Positions 9,239 to 19,486 of a stretch of DNA of 64,000 bases are shown one piece after another (the stretch's first letter is position 1; each line of letters starts with the position of its first letter). The notes below the pieces were generated by a model that saw only the letters and a program-made list of their open reading frames with translations, had not been told where the DNA came from and searched no databases. The position numbers were made by a program, and so were the translations under genes. This stretch comes from Polaromonas sp. (GTDB lineage Bacteria; Pseudomonadota; Gammaproteobacteria; Burkholderiales; Burkholderiaceae_C), in contig NZ_JANOAL010000098.1 of assembly GCF_031411155.1 (NCBI RefSeq), forward strand, positions 407-64,406, in the 5' to 3' direction.

Positions 9239-10966
9239 ATGGTCAGCACCCAGGCGGCGACCCGGCATCAGCAGAAAGTCGAGGAGCTGTGCGCGGCGTC
9301 GATTCGCGCCCTGTGTGGCGATGCGGACCTGCACTTTCGCGGCCAGCGCCTGTTTCGCGGCCGGCAGGCCTTGCCGCCATTTGCCCCTCACCTGCGCCCC
9401 TCGCCGCAGACCGATGACTTCGGATCCTTTCGCGGCGCCGCCGATGCGGTCGCGCTGCGCCTGAGGCACTCAGACGCCGGTCTGCACCGCAGCCTGTGTC
9501 CGGCGGAGCCCTTGCCCCGCATGTTGTTCGAGTTGCTGGAACAGTTTCGGGTCGAGGCGCTGGCGCCCGCCGACATGCCGGGAATGGTGTTCAACCTGCG
9601 GCACCGGTTCGAACAATGGTCGCTGGCGTTTCACCACAGCGGCATGACCGAAACCGCCAGGGGCATCCTGATTTACACGGTGGCGCAAATGTGCCGGGCG
9701 CGGGTGACGGCCCAGCCGGTGGTCGAGGCGACCGAAGACCTGATTGAGGCCACGCGCATGGCCATCGCGCCCGCCTTGGGCCATGCGCTGGTGGAGCTGC
9801 GCCGTTCAAAAGACTCCCAGCCAGACTATGCGCCGCATGCACTGGCCATTGCGCAGACGGTGGCCAGCCTGCTTCAGGGCGTGGATGAAAGCGGCGAGGA
9901 ATCGAAGGAGGGCGCCGACGAGGAAGTCGACGGAAAACTGTCCCGGTTCAGCCTGTGGATGGATTTTGAGGCCGATGATGGCGACGCCATTGCGACCGCC
10001 GGCGCCGGCAGCAAGCGCGGGCTGGAAGGGTCTGAAGCGGATTACCGCATCTTCAGCAGCGCTTACGACAGCGAGATCCGCGCGGCCTCCAAGGTTCGCC
10101 CGGCGCTGCTGCGTGAATTTCGCGAACGACTGGACCAGCGCATTGCCGGGCAGGGCATCCATGTTTCGCGCCTGGCGCGGGATCTCAAGGCCTTGCTGGC
10201 CGCACCCACGCGCGACGGCTGGGAAGGGGACCAGGAAGAGGGGCATATCGACGGCCGGCTACTGGCGCGCCTGATCGTCTCGCCTGCCGAGCGCCGGCTT
10301 TTTCGCGTTGAACGGCAGGAGCCGCTGGCCAATTACCAGGTCAGCTTTCTGATCGACTGTTCCGGCTCCATGCGGGAGCACATCGAATCGGTCGCGATGC
10401 TGGTCGACGTCTTTGTGCGCGCGCTCGACCAGGTCGGCGTCGCCAGTGAGGTGCTGGGCTTTACCACCGGCGCCTGGAACGGTGGACGGGCCAGACGCGA
10501 CTGGATACGCGCCGGGCAAACGCCCCGCCCGGGCCGCCTCAATGAGCTGTGCCACATGGTGTTCAAGGACGCTGACACGACTTGGCGCAGCGCACGGAGC
10601 GACATTGCCGCGCTGCTCAAGGCGGACTTGTTCCGGGAAGGCATCGACGGCGAGGCGGTGGACTGGGCTTGTGAGCGCATGCTGGGCCGGGATGAAGACC
10701 GCCGCATCCTGATTGTCGTGTCGGACGGTTGCCCCACCGACAGCGCCACCGGCCTGGCCAATGGCGCGCAGTACCTTGACCACCATTTGTGCCAGGTCGT
10801 GGCCCGCCGTGAACAAGAAGGGCAAGTGGCCATTTGCGGCGTCGGTGTGGGGCTGGATCTGAGCCCCTACTACCGCCATTGCGCGGCGCTGGACCTGTCG
10901 GCTTCGGTCACCAACACCGTGTTTCGCGACATTGTCGCCATGATCGCCAGCAGCTTGCGGCGTTGA
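9239..10966 (+). CDS. cobT: CobT-like von Willebrand factor A protein
   Basis: Acidic central region and C-terminal vWA domain with MIDAS FLIDCSGSM. Starts 4 nt after the cobS stop. Confidence 0.7.
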   Translation: MVSTQAATRHQQKVEELCAASIRALCGDADLHFRGQRLFRGRQALPPFAPHLRPSPQTDDFGSFRGAADAVALRLRHSDAGLHRSLCPAEPLPRMLFELLEQFRVEALAPADMPGMVFNLRHRFEQWSLAFHHSGMTETARGILIYTVAQMCRARVTAQPVVEATEDLIEATRMAIAPALGHALVELRRSKDSQPDYAPHALAIAQTVASLLQGVDESGEESKEGADEEVDGKLSRFSLWMDFEADDGDAIATAGAGSKRGLEGSEADYRIFSSAYDSEIRAASKVRPALLREFRERLDQRIAGQGIHVSRLARDLKALLAAPTRDGWEGDQEEGHIDGRLLARLIVSPAERRLFRVERQEPLANYQVSFLIDCSGSMREHIESVAMLVDVFVRALDQVGVASEVLGFTTGAWNGGRARRDWIRAGQTPRPGRLNELCHMVFKDADTTWRSARSDIAALLKADLFREGIDGEAVDWACERMLGRDEDRRILIVVSDGCPTDSATGLANGAQYLDHHLCQVVARREQEGQVAICGVGVGLDLSPYYRHCAALDLSASVTNTVFRDIVAMIASSLRR

Positions 10967-11265
10967 AGGCTGCAGGGCCGCCGGTCCACACGCCGCACCA
11001 TTGCGGGCAGCGGGCCTATGATGGCCAGTACTTCCAGAATGAATACCGCCAGCCCCACGACAAACAGGTTGTCCAGCAGCAGGCCGGCAGGCAAGGCAGG
11101 GGGCAAACAGCGCATCCAAGGTCAAATCGTTTCCGTCAACACAGTGACTCAGCCCGCCAAAAGACAAGCGGGCCGCAGCCCGCTTGATTTGGTGCCTGAT
11201 GCACATGAATGACTTCCTGGTCCGGCCCGGAACTTACCGGACCAGTCCGATCAGGCGCATCCGGC

Positions 11266-12090
11266 TTACATGCGGCCCTTCCAGGGCACCAGCTTGTGTT
11301 CGACCCAGCGCATCAGCAAGTCAAACATGTAGGCAACCACACCGATCACGATAATGCCCATGATGACGATGTCGGTGCGCAGGAAGTTGGATGCATTGAG
11401 CACCATCTGTCCCAGTCCCACATTGGCCGCCACCATTTCAGCCGCCACCAGCGTGGTCCAGCCGAAACCAATCGCGATCCGCATGCCAATCAGGATGTCA
11501 GGCAGGGCCGAGGGCAAAACCACATGCCGGATCACCTGCCAGTAGCTGGCGCCCATCGAGTACGCCGCGTTGATCTGTTCCTGTGAGGCGCTGCGCATGC
11601 CGGAGCGGGCAGCCAGAGCCAGCGGTGCGAAGCAGCTCAGGAAAATCAGCAGCACCTTGGGCAGCTCGTCAATGCCGAACCAGATGATGATCAGAGGCAG
11701 ATACGCCAGCGGCGGCAAGGGTCGGTAAAACTCCAGTGGAGGGTCAAAGATGCCGCGCATCACGCGCGACATGCCCATGGCAATACCAATCGGCACCGCT
11801 ACCAGGAAGGCCATCCAGAAGGCGATGGACACGCGCAGCACGCTGGCCACGAAATGCTGCCACAGCGGCTTGTCATTGGCCTGTCCCGTGACGTATTCAT
11901 AGAACTGCTGAAAGACCGCCTGGGGGCTTGGCAGGAACAAGGGCTTGATCAGCCCCAGGTTGGTGACGGCAAACCAGATCGCGATCAACGCGCAGACGGT
12001 CACCACGCTGATGGTGGCGCTGCTGCCCTCGCCGGGGACCTTGAACTTGCTGGTTTTTAACGCCGGCACGGCGGGTGGATTGTTAGACAT
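11266..12090 (-). CDS. tauC: Taurine ABC transporter permease
   Basis: BPD-type permease of the TauC/SsuC type. Start MSNNPP at 12090 overlaps the tauB stop by 8 nt. Confidence 0.8.
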   Translation of the reverse strand: MSNNPPAVPALKTSKFKVPGEGSSATISVVTVCALIAIWFAVTNLGLIKPLFLPSPQAVFQQFYEYVTGQANDKPLWQHFVASVLRVSIAFWMAFLVAVPIGIAMGMSRVMRGIFDPPLEFYRPLPPLAYLPLIIIWFGIDELPKVLLIFLSCFAPLALAARSGMRSASQEQINAAYSMGASYWQVIRHVVLPSALPDILIGMRIAIGFGWTTLVAAEMVAANVGLGQMVLNASNFLRTDIVIMGIIVIGVVAYMFDLLMRWVEHKLVPWKGRM

Positions 12091-12871
12091 GAGCGGCCTC
12101 CCGGTGGTGAATGATGGAGAGCACCTCTTCGCGCATGCGAATGAACTCGGGCTCTGACTTGACCCGGCGCGCATCGCCGTGGCTCAGGAACTGGCGCGAA
12201 AACGGCACGTCCTCGTAGACATGCGAAATGCGCCCCGGGCTGGGGCTCATCACAATCAGGCGCGTGGCGAGGAACAGCGCCTCTTCCACCGAGTGGGTAA
12301 TGAAAAACACCATCTTGTTGGACTTGACCCAGGCGCGCAGCAGGATTTCCTGCACCTGTTCGCGGGTGAAGGCATCCAGCGCACCCATCGGTTCGTCCAT
12401 CAGCAGCACGGCAGGATCGCTGGCCAGTGCCCGGGCAATCCCGACGCGCTGCTGCATGCCGCCCGAAAGCTCATAGACCGCCCGGTCGGCATATTTTTCG
12501 AGTCCAACCAGGCCAAGTTTTTCTTGGGCGACCTGGTCACGCTCAGCCCTGGAGACACCGTTGAGGCGAAGGCCCAGGGCCACGTTGTCGCGCACCGTCA
12601 ACCAGGGCATCAAGGCATGTTTCTGGAACACGACGCCGCGGTCGGCGCCGGGGCCGACGACTGGCTTTCCATCGAGCAGGATCTCGCCACTCGACGGTGG
12701 CAAAAAACCGGCGATGCTGTTCAGCAGCGTTGTCTTACCGCAACCAGACGCACCCAGGGCAACGACGAAGTCGCCATCATGCATCTTCAGGTTGACCGGC
12801 GCGAGGGCCTGCAGCATGCCGCCCTTGATCGCGTAGTTGACCGTGAGGTCTCGAATATCCAATGTAGGCAT
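12083..12871 (-). CDS. tauB: Taurine ABC transporter ATP-binding protein
   Basis: Walker [10 protein letters not shown], signature LSGGMQQR. Start MPTLDIRDL (12871) has GGAGG upstream. Confidence 0.85.
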   Translation of the reverse strand: MPTLDIRDLTVNYAIKGGMLQALAPVNLKMHDGDFVVALGASGCGKTTLLNSIAGFLPPSSGEILLDGKPVVGPGADRGVVFQKHALMPWLTVRDNVALGLRLNGVSRAERDQVAQEKLGLVGLEKYADRAVYELSGGMQQRVGIARALASDPAVLLMDEPMGALDAFTREQVQEILLRAWVKSNKMVFFITHSVEEALFLATRLIVMSPSPGRISHVYEDVPFSRQFLSHGDARRVKSEPEFIRMREEVLSIIHHREAAHV

Positions 12872-12952
12872 GACGCCGTCCTCCAAAATTTCAGTTGAAC
12901 CTCGCATCGTGACGCGAGGCCCGTTCAAGTCAGGTACGAGAGCGCCGCCTGC

Positions 12953-13954
12953 TTACTTGGCCATGGCTTTCTGCACGTAGGTGGTGGTGACAAAGCTGCC
13001 ATAGCTGGGCTTGACCTCCTGGACACGGCCCTGCTCTTTCAGGAACACGGCGGTATCGGAGAGCGCCTTGGCAACGCCACCGCCCAGCCAGGTCGCCGAG
13101 GCCTGCTCCTGCAGGTTCGGGAACTTGTAGAGCGCCATGGATGGCGGCACATCCTTGGCGTCGGCCTTGGTCCACTTGGCCACGGCCTTGACCTGCGATG
13201 AGTCGGACGTCCACTTGGCGGCATTGGCGCGGTAGTCCTCATCTGCCTTGGCAAGGGCTTTCACCAGAGCCACCATGAAGGCCTCGTTTTTCTCTGCCCA
13301 TTTGGCATCGACCACCAGGCCGTCAAAAGTGGGAAAGCCCTTCTTGCCGATGGTGCCGGAGGTCGCGATTGTCTTGCCGCTGGTCTTGAGCTTGCTCAGC
13401 ACCGGATCCCAGATGAAGGCGGCATCGATATCGCCACGCTCCCAAGCCGCGGCGATCTCGGGCGGGCGCATATTCATCACATTGACGCCCTTGGGATCCA
13501 CGCCGTCGAGCTTCATGCCGACCATCAATTGGTAGTGCGCCGTTGACACGAACGGCGTGGCCACTTTCTTGCCTTTCAGGTCTTTCATGCTGTTGATGCC
13601 GGTACCGTTGCGCGAAATCAGCGCCTCGGCATCCGAGATGTCGTCAAGTACCCAAAATACCCGAATATCCTGCCCCTGGCTGACGGCGGCGGTGATGGGG
13701 CTGGAACCTGCCTCACCAATCTGCACGTCGCCCGAAGCCATGGCGCGAATCACATCGCCACCACCGCCGAACATGCGCCAGTTGATCTTGTATCCAGTGG
13801 TTTTTTCAAGCTCGCCCGATTCCATCACCGTGCGCAGCGGCACCAGCATGTCCTGGTGCGCGAAGGTCACTTCCTTGGTCTGGGCGAAAGCATTGGCAGC
13901 CAGCGTGAGGGCGGCCACAGCAAACCATTTTGGAAAGTGTTTCTGGATTGTCAT
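12953..13954 (-). CDS. tauA: Taurine ABC transporter periplasmic binding protein
   Basis: Signal peptide MTIQKHFPKWFAVAALTLAANAFA-Q, NMT1/TauA-like SBP, first gene of the tauABC order. Confidence 0.8.
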   Translation of the reverse strand: MTIQKHFPKWFAVAALTLAANAFAQTKEVTFAHQDMLVPLRTVMESGELEKTTGYKINWRMFGGGGDVIRAMASGDVQIGEAGSSPITAAVSQGQDIRVFWVLDDISDAEALISRNGTGINSMKDLKGKKVATPFVSTAHYQLMVGMKLDGVDPKGVNVMNMRPPEIAAAWERGDIDAAFIWDPVLSKLKTSGKTIATSGTIGKKGFPTFDGLVVDAKWAEKNEAFMVALVKALAKADEDYRANAAKWTSDSSQVKAVAKWTKADAKDVPPSMALYKFPNLQEQASATWLGGGVAKALSDTAVFLKEQGRVQEVKPSYGSFVTTTYVQKAMAK

Positions 13955-14193
13955 GGGTGTCTCCTATGAAGGTAAAAAATCGAAATTCCAGGTGGCGCTA
14001 AGCCCGCCGCATGGTGACCCCGACTTTGCGCGCAACCAGCGTCGCCGGTAAGCGCCAGCCCCAATTTACTTGTGGAGCCAAGAGCTAAGTATTTACCCTT
14101 GAATCAGCACTCATTGGAGCACCGGAAGACTGGAAAATCAATGCGGCGAAGACACCGCCGCCGGGTCGAATCAGCGCATTTTCATCAACGCTT

Positions 14194-15732
14194 TTACGCC
14201 AGGGGTACTCTGGACACGCCGCGGGCCTGGGCCAGCTCATCCACGGCCATTTTCAAAGCCTTGATGCCCTCGGAAATTTTCTCCGCGGCAATCGAAGAAA
14301 GCCGCAGGCGAAAGAATGGGCAGGGGTAAGGCGGCCTGACAAAAAACACATCCCCCGCTTCGATCAAAACACCATGGTTGCGCGCCATCAATTCCAGCTC
14401 GCCCGAATCCACCCAGGCCGGCGCCCGCACCCACACCGACGCCCCGCCCGAGGGCAGGTTGAACTCGAAATCGGGCAGGTATTCCTGCAATGCCAGCGCC
14501 ACCAGCGACAGCCGCTCCTGCATGGCGTGGTTGACGCGCCGCGCGTGCGCATCATGATGACCCTGCGACAGAAACAGGGCGTAGGCATGCTGCAAAAAGG
14601 CACTCGGATGGCGCAGCATGGCATGGCGCAAGCCGCGCAATTCTGCAATCAGGGCGCGTGGCGCGACGATGAAACCCAGCCGAAGTGACGGCGACAGGCT
14701 TTTGGAGACCGAACCCACGTAGATGACACGCCCGGTCTTGTCCATGCTTTTGAGGGCCGGCAGGGGTGCGCCTTCATACAGGTTTTCGGCCTCGTAATCA
14801 TCTTCTATCACCACAAAGTCCTGCTGTTCGGCCTGGCGAAGCAAGAGTTGCCGGCGTTCCAGGCTCATGGTGGCGGTGGTCGGACTCTGGTGCGACGGCG
14901 TCACGAACAGGTAGTCAACCGGCGGCAGTGCGTCGACCACCACACCCTGGTCGTCAACCGGCGCCTGCACCCACTTTGGCTTGCGCAGGGAAAAACTGTT
15001 GCGCGCATGTGGATGACCGGGCTCTTCCAGGCCCACGCGCTGGCCCTCGTCAAACAAGGCCTCGGCCAGCAGGTAATAGGCGTGCTGCGCGCCCAGCGTG
15101 ACCAGAATGTCTTCCTTCAAGGCAAATACGCCGCGTTTGGGCAACAGCCGCAGGCGGATCTGGTCAATCAGGTCCGGGACGTCGTCCACCTCGAAGTCCG
15201 GTGTCCAGTGCGGCAGGTGCGAGCGCGCGAGGCTGCGCACACAGCACTCGCGAAAGGCCTCGGTCGGGAAAAGCTGGGGGTCGTAGGTGCCGTAAATAAA
15301 GGGGTAGGGATAAGAACGCCACTTGTCCGGTTTGGACAGCGTCCGCTCCTTGGACAAAGAACGCAGCACCCGCTTTGACCAGTCCGGCGGGAATCCCGAT
15401 GCGCCGTGGCTGCCGACCAGCGGGTCGGGCTCCTGCGCGTCGTTTGAACGGGCATTCATCGTGACGAACACGCCGCTGCGCGGGCGTGATTCCAGAAAAC
15501 CCTCGTCCACCAATTGCTCATAGGCAGCGGTGACGGTATTGCGGCTCAGGCCCAGCACATGGGCCAGTTCGCGCGACGAAGGCAGCGGCGCCCCCAGAGA
15601 AAGCCGTCCGTCCATGATGGCCTGCACCACCGCCAGGCGCAGGCGCCGCTGCAGGGGCAAGGCCGGCTGGTCAGGCAACTCAAAGAGACTTTCCCACTGG
15701 ATGTCTTTGGTACGGTGAGCATCTGGCTTCAT
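14194..15732 (-). CDS. tauR: MocR/GntR-family regulator with aminotransferase-like domain (TauR-type)
   Basis: wHTH LPSSRELAHVLGLSRNTVTAAYEQLVDEGFL plus fold-type-I PLP domain with YVGSVSKSL lysine. Lies upstream of tauABC and divergent from the tauXY-like genes. Confidence 0.8.
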   Translation of the reverse strand: MKPDAHRTKDIQWESLFELPDQPALPLQRRLRLAVVQAIMDGRLSLGAPLPSSRELAHVLGLSRNTVTAAYEQLVDEGFLESRPRSGVFVTMNARSNDAQEPDPLVGSHGASGFPPDWSKRVLRSLSKERTLSKPDKWRSYPYPFIYGTYDPQLFPTEAFRECCVRSLARSHLPHWTPDFEVDDVPDLIDQIRLRLLPKRGVFALKEDILVTLGAQHAYYLLAEALFDEGQRVGLEEPGHPHARNSFSLRKPKWVQAPVDDQGVVVDALPPVDYLFVTPSHQSPTTATMSLERRQLLLRQAEQQDFVVIEDDYEAENLYEGAPLPALKSMDKTGRVIYVGSVSKSLSPSLRLGFIVAPRALIAELRGLRHAMLRHPSAFLQHAYALFLSQGHHDAHARRVNHAMQERLSLVALALQEYLPDFEFNLPSGGASVWVRAPAWVDSGELELMARNHGVLIEAGDVFFVRPPYPCPFFRLRLSSIAAEKISEGIKALKMAVDELAQARGVSRVPLA

Positions 15733-15852
15733 GGTTTACCAGTATAGGCCGCTGCTTTTCTGGCGTGGGCGAATCAGCCCATCTGGCTCTATCAGGCTTG
15801 GGCCAAACTCTCTACGCTCGATGCATCCACATTCAACCGTCCGGAGTTCACC

Positions 15853-16254
15853 TTGACCACGCACCTGCCCCCCGTTACTGAAGCAACCCTGGCCGCCTTC
15901 AGCGCCGCCTGGAACCAGCACGACATCGAAGCCCTGATGTCGTTCATGACTGACGACTGTGTCTTTGAAACGGCAGCCGGCCCGGACGCCTGCGGCACCC
16001 GCCACACCGGCGCCGAAGCCGTTCGCCGCGCCTTTGCCGGCGCCTGGCAGGCGGTGCCTGACGCCAAGTGGCTCAATGGCCAGCACTTCGTGCAGGGCGA
16101 CTTCGGCGTTTCCCAGTGGACCTTCACCGGTACCGCCGCCGACGGGAGTCGGATCGAGACCGATGGCGTCGATGTGTTCGCCTTCAGGGATGGAAAGATC
16201 CAGAGCAAGAAGGCCTTCCGCAAGGCGCGCCCCAACCTGCCCGCGACTAAGTAA
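15853..16254 (+). CDS. tauX: SnoaL/NTF2-fold protein, candidate taurine dehydrogenase small subunit (TauX-like)
   Basis: 133 aa, SnoaL-like sequence. TTG start with GGAG 6 nt upstream. Lies 26 nt upstream of the FAD oxidoreductase and is divergent from tauR. Confidence 0.5.
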   Translation: MTTHLPPVTEATLAAFSAAWNQHDIEALMSFMTDDCVFETAAGPDACGTRHTGAEAVRRAFAGAWQAVPDAKWLNGQHFVQGDFGVSQWTFTGTAADGSRIETDGVDVFAFRDGKIQSKKAFRKARPNLPATK

Positions 16255-16280
16255 CCCCCTTTTCTTCCGGAGAATCCTCC

Positions 16281-17723
16281 ATGGCTGCCCTACCCGACCT
16301 TAATTTCACGTCATTGGCCACGCCCTCGCAACGGCCTTACGACCCGCAATACGACCCCTTGGTGGCGCCCGACCCGGGCGTTGGCAGAGCTTACGCACCC
16401 ACCTACTGGGTTGCCAGCGCAGGCACGCCGCCTGATGACGACGGCCCGATCATGCAGGACACCGATGCCGATGTGGTGATCATTGGCTCTGGCTCCACCG
16501 GCATCTCGACCGCGCTCTACCTGGCCCAGGAGCACGGTATCCGGGCACTGGTGCTGGAAGCGAATGTGTCGGCCTGGGGCTGCTCCAGCCGTAGCGGGGG
16601 CCAGGGGCAAAATGCCAGCGGCCGGCTTTCGCGATCGCAATGGATAGAGCGCTGGGGCCTGGACGTTGCCAAAAAGCTCGACACTGAAATCCGCACCGGA
16701 TTCGAGAATTTCAAGCAACTGACGACCGGAATCGATTGCGAGGCGTTCGATGGCGGCCACCTCTACGTCGCCCATCGCCCTGAAAAACTGGACTACCTGC
16801 GCAATGAAACCCGCCTGAAACGCGAAACGTTTGGCTACGACACCCGCATGCTGAGCGCCGAGGAAGTGCGGCGCGACTACTGCGACGAACGCGAAACCGT
16901 GGGCGCGATGCTGGAACCCGAAGGGGTTGGCATTCACCCGCTGAAATTCACCTTTGGCCTGATCCGCAAAGCCCGGGCACTGGGCGCCAAGGTGCACCCC
17001 GGCAGCCCGGTGCAGGGCTGGACCACTCTCAACGGCATTCACCACCTGCAAACGCCGGGCGGTACGGTGCGCGCCAAGCGCGTTGTGGTGTGCACCGGCG
17101 GCTACACCGGGCAGGGCCTGAATCCGCTGGTCAAAAACAAATTGATGCCCATCCTGTCCAACTCCGTGGTGACGCGGCCGCTGACCGATGCCGAACTGGC
17201 CGCCACCAATTTCAGGTCGCGGACCTTTCTGACCGATACCCGCACCCTGCGCTTTTACTACCGGTTGCTTGAAGGCAACCGGCTGCAGTTGGGCAGCCGC
17301 AGTTCCGTCACCGGCGCCGACGCCGAAGACCCGGCACATCTCAAACTGCTGACCGATGCCATCGCGCGCAAGTTTCCGCCACTGACCGACATCAAGATCG
17401 ACTACTCCTGGTGGGGTTGGGTCGATGTGAGCCATGACATGATGCCGCGCATCACCCGGCCCGACCCGGCGCAAAGCGTCTGGTACGCCGTGGGCTACGG
17501 CGGCAACGGCGTGTCGTTTTCGACTTGGGCCGGAAAGCGCATCGCGGAACGCGTGGCCGGCAAGGACAACGGCCGCGAAGTGTTCAATTTGCCGATCTAC
17601 ACCACGCCGCTTGAGTACCCCAACATGTTTGGCCTGGTGCGGTCGGAGAACTTCGCGCCGTTTCGCCGCTTTGGTCAGCGGTTTTTGTACAAGTGGTATT
17701 GGCTACGCGACGAGAAGCTCTGA
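16281..17723 (+). CDS. tauY: FAD-dependent amine oxidoreductase (DAO family), candidate taurine dehydrogenase large subunit (TauY-like)
   Basis: GxGxxG VVIIGSGSTGISTALYLA, PuuB/DadA-like length (480 aa) and C-terminal WYWLRDEKL tail. Taurine-locus context. Confidence 0.55.
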   Translation: MAALPDLNFTSLATPSQRPYDPQYDPLVAPDPGVGRAYAPTYWVASAGTPPDDDGPIMQDTDADVVIIGSGSTGISTALYLAQEHGIRALVLEANVSAWGCSSRSGGQGQNASGRLSRSQWIERWGLDVAKKLDTEIRTGFENFKQLTTGIDCEAFDGGHLYVAHRPEKLDYLRNETRLKRETFGYDTRMLSAEEVRRDYCDERETVGAMLEPEGVGIHPLKFTFGLIRKARALGAKVHPGSPVQGWTTLNGIHHLQTPGGTVRAKRVVVCTGGYTGQGLNPLVKNKLMPILSNSVVTRPLTDAELAATNFRSRTFLTDTRTLRFYYRLLEGNRLQLGSRSSVTGADAEDPAHLKLLTDAIARKFPPLTDIKIDYSWWGWVDVSHDMMPRITRPDPAQSVWYAVGYGGNGVSFSTWAGKRIAERVAGKDNGREVFNLPIYTTPLEYPNMFGLVRSENFAPFRRFGQRFLYKWYWLRDEKL

Positions 17724-19040
17724 AGCCGGTCGGAGCGGCGCCGCGCGGCAAGACGCCGGGCGGTTCCAGCTCGATCAATGGCCTGATCTACATCCGGGGC
17801 CAGCGCGAGGACTACGACCATTGGGCCGCGCTTGGCAACGCCGGCTGGGCTTACGAGAACGTGCTGCCCTACTTCATCAAGTCGGCAGGAGCCCAGCGCG
17901 GCGCAGCGCCCTACCACGGTTGCGATGGCCCGCTCCAGATCCCTGACATCGACGCCCGTCACGAACTGATCGAAGCCTTTATTCAGGGCGGCGCACCGAT
18001 AGGCCCGGCAGCGTCAGACGCACCGACGATTTCAACGGCGCGCAACAGGAAGGCGCCGGTAACTACCAACTCACCACCGCCAGGGGCCGGCGCTGCAGCA
18101 CCGCCAAGGCCTACCACCTCGGCCCGGCGCGGCGCCGACCCAGTCTACGTATCCAGACTGACGCCCTGGCTACCCGGTTGCTGTTCGAGGGGCAACGCGT
18201 CGTGGGAACACAGTACCGCCAGGATGGGAGGCTGAAAACCGCCCGCTGCAGCGCCGAGGTGTTGCTGTCGGCCGGCTCCATCCAGTCGCCGCAGTTGCTG
18301 CAGCTCTCCGGCATTGGCCCGCGCTCGCTTCTGGACCGGCACGGCGTAAAGGTCGTGGGGGACGCACCGGGCGTCGGCGAAAACCTGCAGGACCATCTAC
18401 AGATCCGGCTTGGCTACGAATGCACCCGGCCGATCACCACCAATGACCAGATCAATTCATGGTGGGGCCAGTTCAGGCTTGGAATGCAATGGTTGCTGCA
18501 TCGCAGCGGCCCGCTGGCGGTAGGCATCAACCAGGGCGGAGGCTTCATGCGCACCCTGCCGCAAGAGGCGCAAACACTCGACATCCAGTTTCACGTGGCC
18601 ACATCCGCATGCGCTCGCGCGACCCATTTGAGCCGCCCGAGATCCAGCCCAACTACCTGTCCACCGATCTGGATCGCCGCACGGCGGTGGCCGGCATCAA
18701 GGCTGCACGGGCCATTGCCGCATCCGGCGCAATGCGGCTTTATGTGCTGCGCGAGGTCAAGCCAGGCCCGGACGCCGCCAGCGACACGGATCTGCTGGAG
18801 TTCTGCCGAAACCACGGCGCCACGATTTTTCATCCGAGCGGTATCCGCCGCATGGGTATCGACCCGCTCGGGGTGGTGGACTCCCGACTGTGCGTCAAGG
18901 GCGTTGCCGGTCTGCGCGTCATCGACTGCTCGGTCATGCCAACCCTGGTATCCGGCAACACCAACGCACCGGCCGTGATGCTGGTCGAGAAAACGGTAGA
19001 CATGATCCGTGAAGACGCAGCTCACAGTGGGCGCGCCTGA
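17693..19040 (+). pseudogene. Decayed GMC (choline dehydrogenase-like) oxidoreductase
   Basis: GMC homology is spread over three frames (17693-, 18022-, 18590-). The N-terminal ~75 aa with the FAD GxGxxG are missing (homology begins at GKTPGGSSSINGLIYIRG). There is a frameshift near 18005-18020. About 30 aa are missing between DIQFHVA and GHIRMRSRDP near 18595. Confidence 0.8.
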
Positions 19041-19073
19041 TCAAAAAACCAGGCGGTGGGCGATGCCCGATGA

Positions 19074-19149
19074 TGGTGCGGCTGGCGGGGATCGAACCCA
19101 CGACCCTTGGCTTCGGAGGCCAATACTCTATCCACTGAGCTACAGCCGC
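19074..19149 (-). tRNA. tRNA-Arg (anticodon CCG)
   Basis: Reverse complement reads GCGGCTGTAGCTCAGTGGATAGAGTATTGGCCTCCGAAGCCAAGGGTCGTGGGTTCGATCCCCGCCAGCCGCACCA. Cloverleaf is intact, anticodon loop CTCCGAA, encoded CCA, 76 nt. Confidence 0.9.
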
Positions 19150-19471
19150 AATGCTGAATTTTGCAAGAGCCAGTATTTTCGCACAGACCGAACCCGCTAC
19201 AGAATCCCCAAGTGGATAGTTGAAGGTTTAATGCCCAACAGAGTCTCTCCGGACCGACTAACCAACCAACACGCAAGAAAGTCCCGAAATGGAACAGATT
19301 TCTTGAACAGTTGCTCAGCATTTACACACTTCCTCGATCTGGCGCACGCAACACAGGTACGCCTTTGCCCCAAAATTTGAGGGCCTGCGGTTGTCTGGTT
19401 CGCACCCGGCGGAAGTCAACGCTGATAGCAGACGGAAAATCGATTTATCCGAGCCAGAGAGGCTGAACCAA

Positions 19472-19486
19472 TGGCATGAGATTTGC
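19472..19486 (+). promoter_or_regulatory. Sigma-54 (-24/-12) promoter upstream of the NosR-like gene
   Basis: TGGCAT-GAGAT-TTGC (GG-N10-GC) in the AT-rich spacer, about 135 nt before ATG 19622. Confidence 0.6.

Noticed and set aside
7966-9249. 427-aa ORF on the minus strand
   Set aside because: It is antisense to the 3' end of the IclR gene and all of cobS. Low-complexity shadow frame.
8254-10966. cobS/cobT as evidence for a cobalamin biosynthesis locus
   Set aside because: No cobN, no other cob/cbi genes and no B12 riboswitch-like leader are in the window. Only the generic AAA+/vWA pair is supported.
10870-11115. 81-aa minus-strand ORF with a hydrophobic N-terminal stretch in the cobT-tauC spacer
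   Set aside because: Its 3' third overlaps the cobT coding end, it has no SD, and the hydrophobic run may simply reflect the GC-rich antisense frame. Not supportable without conservation data.
11217-11245. Hairpin CTGGTCCGG-N11-CCGGACCAG downstream of tauC as a terminator
   Set aside because: No T-run follows on the minus strand and the loop is long. Too weak to call.
16311-17474. 387-aa ORF on the minus strand
   Set aside because: It is antisense to the tauY-like flavoprotein gene, which has clear FAD motifs. Shadow ORF.
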